From contig OX597819.1 of NCBI GenBank assembly GCA_951406725.2, positions 100,006,001 to 100,070,000 of the forward strand: 64,000 nt of DNA, written 5' to 3'. Shown piece by piece: positions 54,735 to 64,000 of the stretch. The stretch's first letter is position 1. Each line of letters begins with the position of its first letter. Origin of the DNA: Octopus vulgaris (Eukaryota). Position numbers and translations under genes: made by a program. The notes beneath the pieces were generated by a model that saw only the letters and a list, made by a program, of their open reading frames with translations, did not search any database and was not told the origin of the DNA.

Positions 54735-54925
54735 AGATATTTATATATTAATATATCAAACTTACATAGAGTACAAACGATAGAGAAAATTAACAGAGAA
54801 GGTGTTACAAGTCCGACAACTTCTTCTGGAGGCACGCAGAACTATAGCAATGTTGGTAGATGTAGTTCACCAAAATATGCAGCCAGTAATGGAAGCAAAT
54901 AAACATTGGATACATCGAGTCACCG
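54735..54925 (-). mobile_element. Second copy of the 33850-34020 terminus family
   Basis: rc CTTCCATTACTGGCTGCATATTTTGGTGAACTACATCTACCAACATT versus CTTCCGTTACTGGCTGCAAATTTTTGATGAACTATATCTACCAACATT at ~33865. Confidence 0.8.
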
Positions 54926-54984
54926 TTTTCAGTTTAGGAAATATGAATATGTGCATATTCATATATATGTGCATATTCATATAT

Positions 54985-55341
54985 AACCCCCCCCCCCCCG
55001 TCCGATGGACAATGCCGAGTTGTCAAACATTAAGCCAAATTTTCTCAAAACAACTTGTCCGACCGTCCCACAGGCCTCCCCTTTGAGAAACCCTGATTTA
55101 ACCTAAATATGAGACACCAGCAGAAGAAGAAATAAAGATAGCCTTTTTTTCTATTCCAAAGAAAAACTATTTTATTCACTTTATCGATCGCATTCTCACC
55201 TGGAATCGATTTTTGTAATTTTCTCAAGACGCCCTGATACCGTCGGTATCTACATATCAAATTTGAGTGCAATCGGATGGAGGATGCCCGAGATCCTAGA
55301 AGACACACAGACAGACAGACAGAACAGATTTTATATAATAG
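54985..55341 (-). mobile_element. Helitron-like non-autonomous 5' fragment
   Basis: rc CTATTATATAAAATCTGTTCTGTCTGTCTGTCTGTGTG...CATCCGATTGCACTCAAATTTG, the typical Helitron 5' layout with (TCTG)n. Confidence 0.55.
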
Positions 55342-55355
55342 CTATTTATATTAAA

Positions 55356-55591
55356 GGCGGCGAGCTGGCAGAAACGTTAGCACGCTGGGCGAAATACTTA
55401 GTGGTATTTCGTCTGCGTTTACGTTCTGAGTTCAAATTCCACCGAGGTCGACTTTGCCTTTCATCCTCTCGGAGTCGATAAATTAAGTACCAGTTACGCA
55501 CTGGGGTCGATATAATCGACTTAATCCATTTGTCTGTCCTTGTTTGTCCTCTCATTATTTAGCCCCTTGCGGGTAGTAAAGAAATTGATAG
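55356..55591 (+). mobile_element. Full-length SINE family B (B1 tail) with 10-bp TSD
   Basis: Starts GGCGGCGAGCTGGCAGAAACG and ends AGCCCCTTGCGGGTAGTAAAGAAA. TTATATTAAA occurs at 55346-55355 and 55592-55601. Confidence 0.93.
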
Positions 55592-55734
55592 TTATATTAA
55601 AATGAGACCTGCATGCAACACTTACATTCAGAACTTTGAGTTTCCGGATAGTTATTTATTCGATAATCGTTACAGCCGGCGAATAATATTAGCTGCTGAA
55701 TAAATTGCTGCCAAAAAATTTAGAGTTCTAACTG

Positions 55735-56040
55735 TTGGTGGATGGAATGAAAAGTTCATAGGCTAATTATGAAGAAGTGAAGCTAGAGCTGTGAAATCTT
55801 GCATGAAATAATTTCGACTCCTCTTATTAATAACTGTGTTGTTTCTTTGCATATAAACTGATATCTAACATTCGAAAGACGACTTCAAAAATTTCTCGCA
55901 GCGATTTCTCTTGACAATGAACAAAATTTGACAACATATTGTCGTCAAGTAATTGTAGTAAAAGGGTTTCGCCACCAAGGACATTCATGCTGACATCGTT
56001 GCTCCATTAGGGGATGTCTCTCTAACTTTATCAACAGCGC
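55735..56040 (+). mobile_element. mariner 5' end and transposase N-terminus relic
   Basis: MNKI*QHIVVK*L**KGFATKDIHADIVAPLGDVSLTLST resembles the mariner HTH start. Confidence 0.7.
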
Positions 56041-57380
56041 TTACACACGCATACACACGCTCACACACATACGTATGTATGTATATACATGTATGTGTGT
56101 GTGAATACATATTCTCTAATCTCACTAATCAATTGGATATTTTGTCTTTCTTAAACATATGGTGATGAAGGCATTTTTGCATGTATGTATCACGTGATCT
56201 ATACTTCACAATAAAACAGATGAATATGTGATGCCTTTCTAATGCTTTTTCGGCGACCAACCAAATCTCAATAACTAAATTATATTTCAACGTCTTTACA
56301 AATATCTTTCTTTATATATTGTCGCGCTACTTTCCTACTTCCATCGTTCCAATTGGTGGTAACGTGGAGCTCAAAGCTGATTTTAGCACATTCAAGTTGT
56401 GATAAAATGCATATAATTTACTTTTAAGTATTTAGTACTTTTCCTCGTTTGTAAACGAAACGTTTAACAGTCCGTACACACATAGTTACATACACATTTA
56501 CAGACACATGCACACACACATAGACACATTCTGTGATACACATGTACGATTGTTTATGTATACAGATATACAATTAAACCATATTCGTTATCTTAGAGAC
56601 TTAAACCCTTTAAATTTGTATAAATTTCATGAAACATTTAAACTGACACAGATGGAAAGTGTGAAGTAGAGGAACAAAGATAAAAAGGGGAGCGAGCGAC
56701 ATATAGAGAAAATGCAAATAAAAGAGAAACTATGATAGTATAAATAAGAGAATGGGAGGAAGAGAACATTTTTAATGTTAGAAAATAAAAAAGAAGAAAA
56801 ACGATGACGCGAAACTTTACACTTTTCCTTGAACAGTTTCCACCCACGTTCTCTAAACAATTTTTTATCAAAGATCTATCCCTATATTATCTGAAGTTTA
56901 TGTTTCACCTTTCACCTTGTTTCGTTCGGTTTGTAAGTTTGGTGCTTTGGTCATATTACTTTTATTGAAATATTATAATCTTCCTTTCAAGCAGGCACAA
57001 AGCTTTCCATTTTATTTATTCTCGTAAAGAAGGAAGTTATTATGGATGTTTGACACATCGCCAGTTTATCGTTGCCATTTTGTTTTTTTGTTTTTGGAGG
57101 AAGTGGAAATAGTTAAAAACTAGTCATCGGTATTTCAACGAGGAAACACGAGGCAATGCATGATATAATTGAACATATTTGAAAAACGACTTTAAAATGA
57201 GAATAATTTATGTTTTACCATTACTAAGAGCGTAAGTGTTGCAACGGCATTAAAAAACATGCTTGAAGCATTTAGTTACATCACTTAACATTCTGAGTTC
57301 AATCCGAATGATATTAACATTGACGACGAAAAAAAGATAACTTTTCCGCTTAGTCTTAATATAAGGCTATTATTACTTGC

Positions 57381-57642
57381 GGCAGGGGGTGGTGGTGAAC
57401 CCTGCTGAACTCTTTCACCATAACTTTCTCTCGCTCTTTCTTCCTGTTTCTCTTGTACCTACATTTCAAAGAGCCAGCCTTGTCACATTCTGTGTGTCAC
57501 GCTGAATCTCTTCGAGAACTACGTTAAGGGTACACGTGTCTGTGGAGTGCTCAGCCACTTGCACGTTAATATCACGAGCAAGCTGTTCCGTTGATCGTAT
57601 CAGCTGGGACCCTCATCGTCGCAACCGACGGAGTGCCCCTAT
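57381..57642 (+). mobile_element. TSD-flanked retroposed fragment sharing the family C 3' half but lacking the tRNA head
   Basis: CTATTATTACTTGC occurs at 57367-57380 and 57643-57656. Positions ~57453-57635 match the reverse complement of ~11703-11882. Confidence 0.88.
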
Positions 57643-57913
57643 CTATTATTACTTGCCTTTATGATTTCAAAAGCAATCGGTGTCGAGTGCTGTGTAAGTG
57701 GAAATAATATTCAAAAAATGTTCTCGGTTCACTGAAATTATCTAAATACTCGCCTGTAAAACGTGTAACTTTTTTTTTTTACCAAAGATAGAAAGCTTTT
57801 TTGCAATTATCTACAGAGTAAGAAGCGAGTTAAAATGCACTGCAACGTTTATGTATGCCCCGTTTTGTATAGGAACTCCTCTACCTTCTTGATTCAATTA
57901 AAATAGCACGCAC

Positions 57914-57946
<33 letters not shown>

Positions 57947-57947
57947 A

Positions 57948-57989
57948 ATAATACGGGAGGCTAATTCGCAATTTTACAACCTACAGGCG

Positions 57990-58023
<34 letters not shown>

Positions 58024-58350
58024 CGTCACTGAAGTGACAAAGGGCACTAATCAGCACAAGTACTGCTAGAAATAAGAATCAAAACAACTCAATGGCGACA
58101 GAAGCATTAGCTTAACGACTGACAAGGGAGGCAGGTTGTTTTGGTACATATTTCTAGCAATGCTGGTGCTCATTAGCGCCCTTTGTCACTCTAGTGACGT
58201 ATATATTTCTTCTTTTAGGTTGTAAAATTGCGAATTATCCACCCACATTATCTATAATTTTCCCTTTTACCGTTTATGAAATCTGCGTTTGATTTCAACA
58301 GAAATCTTATAAGGGAACAAGGCGAGCTGAGTTTAAGCTTAGGCCTGGTA
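57948..58350. mobile_element. Microsatellite-flanked element with long inverted arms (57948-58088 / 58135-58250)
   Basis: TAATTCGCAATTTTACAACCTA / TAGGTTGTAAAATTGCGAATTA and TACGTCACT..AGTGACAAAGGGC / GCCCTTTGTCACT..AGTGACGTA, with an unpaired tail to ~58350. Confidence 0.65.
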
Positions 58351-58356
58351 TGTATG

Positions 58357-58407
<51 letters not shown>

Positions 58408-58443
58408 ACGTGTATGTGTGTACAGATATATATATATATATAT

Positions 58444-58862
58444 TTACTCTTTTACTCTTTTACTGTTTTACTCTTTTACTTGTTTCAGTCATTTGACTGC
58501 GGCCATGCTGGAGCACTGCCTTTAGTCGAGCAACTCGACCCCGGGACTTATTCTTTTTGTAAGCCTTAAGTACTTATTCTATCTGTCTCTTTTTGCCGAA
58601 CCGCTAAGTGACGGGGACGTAAACACACCAGCATCGGTTGTCAAGCAATGCTAGGGGAACAAACCCAGACGCACAAACACACACACATACATATATATAC
58701 ATATATACGACAGGCTTCTTTCAGTTTCCGTCTACCAAATCCACTCACAAGGCATTGGTCGGCCCGGGGTTATAACAGAAGACACTTGCCCAAGATGCCA
58801 CGCAGTGGGACCGAACCCGGAACCATGTGGGTGGTTAGCAAGCTACTTACCACACAGCCACT
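58444..58862 (-). mobile_element. SINE family A, near full length
   Basis: (TTTTACTC)n tail repeat, tail, internal CA/TA tract and head ending CCACACAGCCAC. Confidence 0.93.
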
Positions 58863-58944
58863 ATATATATATTTATATATATATGTATACACATGTATGT
58901 ATAAATGTATTTTATGTGTACTTGTTTAATATATATATATTATT

Positions 58945-59305
58945 TTATTATTTTAGTTGTATCACTCATTTAACTATAGCCTTGCTGGAGCACCGCCTCT
59001 GGTCAAACAAATTGACCTCAGGGTGTATTTTTTGTAAGCTTAGTACTTATTCTGTCGGTGTCTTTTGCCGAACCTCTAGGTTACGGGGACGTAAACACCA
59101 ACATCGGTTGTCAAGTGTTGTGCGGATGGTGGGAGAAAAAGCAGACACACGAATATATACATACATACGAAGGGCTTCTTTCAGTTTCCTTCTACCAAAT
59201 CCACTCACAAGTTTTGGTTGGCCCGAGGCTGTAGTAGAAAATATTTGCCCAAGGTGACACTCAGTGGTTGGAAAGTAGGTTTCTTTCCACACAGCCACTC
59301 CTGCG

Positions 59306-59308
<3 letters not shown>
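58945..59308 (-). mobile_element. SINE family A, diverged
   Basis: GCTGGAGCACCGCC ... GGGGACGTAAACACCAACATCGGTTGTCAAG ... CCACACAGCCACTCCTGCGCC. Confidence 0.88.
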
Positions 59309-59371
<63 letters not shown>

Positions 59372-59429
59372 ACATATGCATATATACATACATATATGTA
59401 CGTACCTACCTCTACATGTATGTATATAT

Positions 59430-59603
59430 GCATATATGGGTACAGGACACCAAAAAAACGTCGAACACAATGAGAAACGAAAGCATAAACACAAAACCGA
59501 GGAAATGGACATTTTTTTAAACAACAAAAAAATAGAGTACAGGACATACAAACAAGAAAAATTCCCCTTCTTCAGTCGCCTTAATTTCATCTACTCCACG
59601 TTT
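59430..59603 (-). mobile_element. Penelope-like terminus type P2
   Basis: rc GGAGTAGATG...GCGACTGAAGAAGGGG...GGTGTCCTGTACCCATATATGC, as at 3555-3720. Confidence 0.65.
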
Positions 59604-60459
59604 TGCTTATATGTGTGCGTGTGTGCGCGCGCCCACGCACGTTTGCTTGCGTGTGTGCTTTCGAGTGTGCATGTTTTTGTGCGAGTGTATGTATGTGCTT
59701 TTGTGTGTGTTTGTAAGTGTGTTGCAGGGTAACTATCTGGAAAAGTAAATATCACAATCGTAGAATCGTAATTTTCATGCTTTTACAATCAGTTCTTCTG
59801 ACAAAGCAGACCGGTATCGTCCAAGTTTTTTTGAGAATGCCACAGCACAATATGGAAACTCCAGAGTAACAAATCATCCGTAATGATGGTCGTAGTGGAT
59901 TTAGCGGTTTTGCTGTTGGCTGTGATGTTGGTGATAATTATGACGATGCTGTGTTATGACTGCTTCTTTGTTTGATAGTAACTGCAATTTAGCATATTTG
60001 TATGTTATACATATGCATGTAACATGCGACGACATTCAACTTCAGTCACACGAACACACACATATGTCTGTAAGTATACATTTAAGTGAGTTGGATGTAC
60101 GTGTATGGTGATGCATTTCCTGTATAAACAACTGATATTATCTAGGTTTCCTCAGTGTATTTATGCATATGTCTGTATATATCATATTAATGCAAGCAAG
60201 AATGCATGTGTGTATATGTCCTGTTAATATGTATGGACGAGTGTGCGTATACGTCATGTTTGTGTCTGTTTACATGGCGTGTTCTGTTGTATGTCTGTAT
60301 ATGATTTCCGTGAATAGCTGTGATAATATCTTCAGGGTTCATATGTGTGTACCTTTGTGGAAAAATTAGTCGTGTGTATGTATATATGAAAATGAGAGCC
60401 GATGTACGCGTTTCTGAGTGAGTGAGTGTGTGTGTGCGTGTGTGTGTGTGTGTGTTTGT

Positions 60460-60544
<85 letters not shown>

Positions 60545-60700
60545 TGTTCGTTCGCACACGGGATGTATTGATGTGTGTCGATATGTCTAGTAGCGTATTC
60601 ATCTCTGATTAAGATTTTGCACGCGTACTGTATGTAAGCGTGTTCATTAACAATACATTGTCAATCACATTACCATAATCATACGCGTCATCATACGCGC

Positions 60701-60750
<50 letters not shown>

Positions 60751-61017
60751 GGAGCAAGAGCAGCCGCAGCACTAGGGCGGTAGCGGCGGCAGCAGAGTCA
60801 TATGCGTATGTACACATTAATTGCAATATTGTTCTCCGGAAATAATCTCACATCTCCATATCTCTAATATGATTTGTGGCTTTAAACATATAGCCAATAC
60901 TTTTGTAGCTTGATTACAGATGTCCCACCATCTCAATCTCTTCTATTGAAACTCTCGTTGTACTGCTAATTGTGAAACACTTAGCCATACACTCACCCTT
61001 ATTATTTCTCTGTTTTT

Positions 61018-61084
<67 letters not shown>

Positions 61085-61122
61085 ATTATAATGGAATAAT
61101 TACTATGAAGCATTGTGTAGAA

Positions 61123-61390
61123 TATATTGTATAAAAGATCGTGGGGAAGGGCAAAAATGCGAAGTAAATACATGGTAAATCACAAGAAAACAAATATGTG
61201 AATTAATGTAGACTTGTATTCAATATTTTGGGGTTTGGCAACATTTGTCAATTTCTTGAAAATGGGGTCATAAGCACGAAATATTGAATACAAGGTAAGT
61301 CGCATTAATTCACATCTTTGTTTTCTTGTGATTTACCTTGCATTCCCGTCGCATTGTTTTGGCCTTACCCACGATCTTTTATACAATATA
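61123..61390. mobile_element. TA-flanked palindromic element (~105-bp diverged inverted arms)
   Basis: ATTGTATAAAAGATCGTGGG / CCCACGATCTTTTATACAAT; GGTAAATCACAAGAAAACAAA / TTTGTTTTCTTGTGATTTACC; CTTGTATTCAATATTT / AAATATTGAATACAAG. Confidence 0.7.
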
Positions 61391-61406
61391 TATATATATA
61401 TATATA

Positions 61407-61912
61407 TCTATATATATAAAACTCTAGTTGTGTGAGTGTCTGTCCCCTTCGATTTAGATTCCTAACTCCTCCCACATTTTGCGGTGCAGTTTAACCAAAT
61501 TCGGGTATCTTATAGTCGTGATTCATATCGAGCCCGTCTGACTATTAGCGCGCTTCAACGATGAGTCTACGATTTTAAAAATAATTTAACATCATTTTTT
61601 ATTCCATTTTAATGCATAAAATGCATCGTATGTCGATGGCGGCAGAGTTGGCGTCCACGCTCACATCTGCACCTGTTTGCTTCTCCCCCTTCCCTCCCTC
61701 GTGAAGCTGTGGGGAAGGGAGTGTAAAGAAATCAACGTCGTAATGCGTTGTGAAGGAAACCAGCGTTCTTTTAGAACAACGACTTCATGGCTTGAAGACA
61801 CCAAAACAAAAATGGCTAAGAAAGCCCGAATTTATAAGGGAAGTAACTCTCTAAAAATGCTTATATAGTTATTTCCCTTACAAACCCGAGCAACGCCGGG
61901 CGATACTGCTAG
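61407..61912 (+). mobile_element. Complete non-autonomous Helitron (506 bp)
   Basis: Begins TC after A. Ends with hairpin CCCGAGCAACGCCGGG, 8 nt, then CTAG followed by T. No TSD; inserted in (TA)n. Confidence 0.9.
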
Positions 61913-61989
61913 TATATATATATATATTAGCGCCAGCTAAATTCAGCAGTATCAGTGGTAATTGGCGCGAAGCAGCTATGATATTTTGC

Positions 61990-62338
61990 CAGTCCATTAA
62001 TTCGACGACAGTACGCAACTGGTACTTAATTTATCGACCCCGAAAGGATGAAAGGCAAAGTCGACATCGGTCGAATTTGAACTCAGAACGTAAAGACAGA
62101 CGAAATACCTATTTCTTTACTACCCACAAGGGTTTAAACACAGAAGGGACAAACAAGGACAGACAAACGGATTAAGTCGATTATATCGACCCCAGTGCGT
62201 AACTGGTACTTATTTAATCGAACCCGAAAGGATGAAAGGCAAAGTCGACCTCGGCGGAATTTGAACTCAGAACGTAGTGACAGACGAAATACTGCTGGGC
62301 ATTTCGCCCGGCGTGCTAACGTTTTTGCCAGCTCGCTG
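61990..62338 (-). mobile_element. Head-to-tail dimer of SINE family B
   Basis: A full B1 unit (62338-62110) is directly followed by a 5'-truncated unit starting GGTATTTCGTCTG. Confidence 0.85.
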
Positions 62339-63284
62339 CAAAATATTGCCGACAGATTCTCTCTTCTCTCTTCAAATGATTGGCCAATGAAAAATGAATT
62401 TGCATTGAAGTAAGTAAATAAAGAATAAACATAGCCGAACTAAGAAACGTTGTTGCAATTCAATGTTTCTAATTTCTGCATAACAATGATCGTGAACGAA
62501 AGAAATCTGTCGGGGACTCTACTAATGTTTCTGTAACGTTCACAATTGTTAAATTACAGAGACAGTTATGAATGTTACAGAAGCCTTAGAAGAATGCCAA
62601 CATGTACAAGTGGGTGAGATTAATATATTCTCAAAATTCCAAGTCTTCTATATGATTACTACGAGGGTCTGTCTTTGAACTGGACAACTTGGTAGAGACT
62701 ATTTATTTAAAGGTTAAATTTGTACCATTTAGCAGTGCGGCAATATATTCTACTTACTCCATATTGCAATACATCTTGATACTTCGAATATGTACCAGAA
62801 ATTCTAACAAAACAACATCATTCTAATATGGTAAAATGGTAAGTAGCCTTATGATCCCGTTAGGGTATATTATAAGGCATTGAATTTTACTGGTGCTTTA
62901 TTCAACGGCACACATTTTTAAGAAGGTAATATAAGTGTAGATATACATAGCAGATGGATTGTCGTGGTGTTAATGATATATGTGTACATGAAATGATATA
63001 GACCGTCATGAAAACAAGATGGGATATACTAGATAATGCATCCTACCCTGTTTTTCTTACAAAAAGAATGGGCATGCGTAGATCTATTTTTATCACTCGT
63101 TAAGTGTAGGGTAACAGAAACAGTTGTTTTTAAAATTAGTATAAAACAAATTTCGAAGCAAAAACATAAGTCGTACTTCAATTTATTAAAGAATAGATCG
63201 CAGAGAGTAAGAAGCAATGTCGCACTACACTCAAGCCGAAATTCAAGAGATTCCGGTAATCTACACCATAAATAATTGCTTCAA

Positions 63285-63882
63285 CAAAGGCTAAATGCCT
63301 GGTAACTCGTGGGAAGTCGACTAAATCGACCCCTTTGCTTAACTGGTACTTTATTTTATCGACTATCTCCTAAATTGGATTCATTCTCTCATCGTCGTCG
63401 TGTGGCTACCTTGCCTCTTTTCCATAAGTATTTTCATGGACATTGTTCAGTTGAGCTCTCTTCTATGAATCCTCCTTTAAGAACTTATCAGTGATCAACT
63501 AGACTTGCAACCAGTTCTCATTAGTATACTGTGCAACTTCCTTAGTGTCGTAAAGCACTTTACAGTACCAGTTTCTTCCCTCGCACCTGTGAAGTTTGGA
63601 ATTCCTTCTAAGGGCTTGTTTTGTTCTTCAATATAACCTCCAGTCTTTTAAGTCTAATGTACATCGTTACGTATTGACTTCTGTCTAACGTCTATTTCAT
63701 TCTAGTAGCTATTACGTTTTCAGTGCTCTAAGGACCCTGTAACGAGCGAATGCTTTAAAAATATGAAAAAAAAAAAAATGGAGAGGATGAAACGCAAAGA
63801 CGATCTCGGCAGAATTTGAACCCTGAACAAAAAGATCTTCAAGAAAAGCTACAAGTATTTTATTTTGCCAGTTGGCTGCCTT
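63285..63882 (-). mobile_element. Degenerate SINE family B split by a LINE insertion
   Basis: AAGTCGACTAAATCGACCCC...CTGGTACTTTATTTTATCGAC (to ~63363) resumes at ~63780 with GAGGATGAAACGCAAAG...GAATTTGAACCC. Confidence 0.7.
63365..63778 (+). mobile_element. CR1/Jockey-group LINE 3' end with A-rich tail
   Basis: LDSFSHRRRVATLPLFHKYFHGHCSVELS, SFFPRTCEVWNS and YNLQSFKSNVHR, then a short UTR and a poly(A) run. Confidence 0.82.
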
Positions 63883-64000
63883 AATAATAATCCTTTCTGC
63901 TTATAGGAAAAAGGCTTCAAAATTTTTAAAGGAGAAGCCAAGTCGATTGCATCGAAATGATTCTAAGCATTTTACTCGACATGTTAACGATTCTGCTAGC

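Overview
Eukaryotic, AT-rich, repeat-saturated intergenic or intronic DNA. I find no convincing host protein-coding exon, rRNA, true tRNA gene or CRISPR array. The repeat complement looks like an octopus/coleoid cephalopod genome (inference from recall, not tested). It comprises very dense (TA)n, (CA)n, (TACA)n, (TATC)n and (AAT)n microsatellites; three tRNA-derived SINE groups (here called A, B, C); decayed non-LTR retroelements (R4/Dong, HERO-like, L1/Tx1, CR1/Jockey-group, Penelope-like); and Helitron, Tc1/mariner and MULE relics. Most ORFs in the supplied track are microsatellite artefacts. The most interesting observations: (1) an in-frame fusion of an R4/Dong LINE 5' UTR plus N-terminus to the start of a Penelope-like RT ORF at 10552/10553; (2) short (TA)n-embedded Penelope-like termini carrying minimal hammerhead-ribozyme folds, including a palindromic unit with two opposed hammerheads at 34342-34570; (3) a SINE whose 3' tail matches the 3' ends of the two Tx1-like LINEs in the window, plus head/tail module swapping among SINEs; (4) a 17-bp-phased array of five CCAAT-like boxes and a CTCF-like plus ZNF143-like motif pair in the least repetitive part of the window. 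All alignments and folds were done by eye, so boundaries of decayed elements are approximate.
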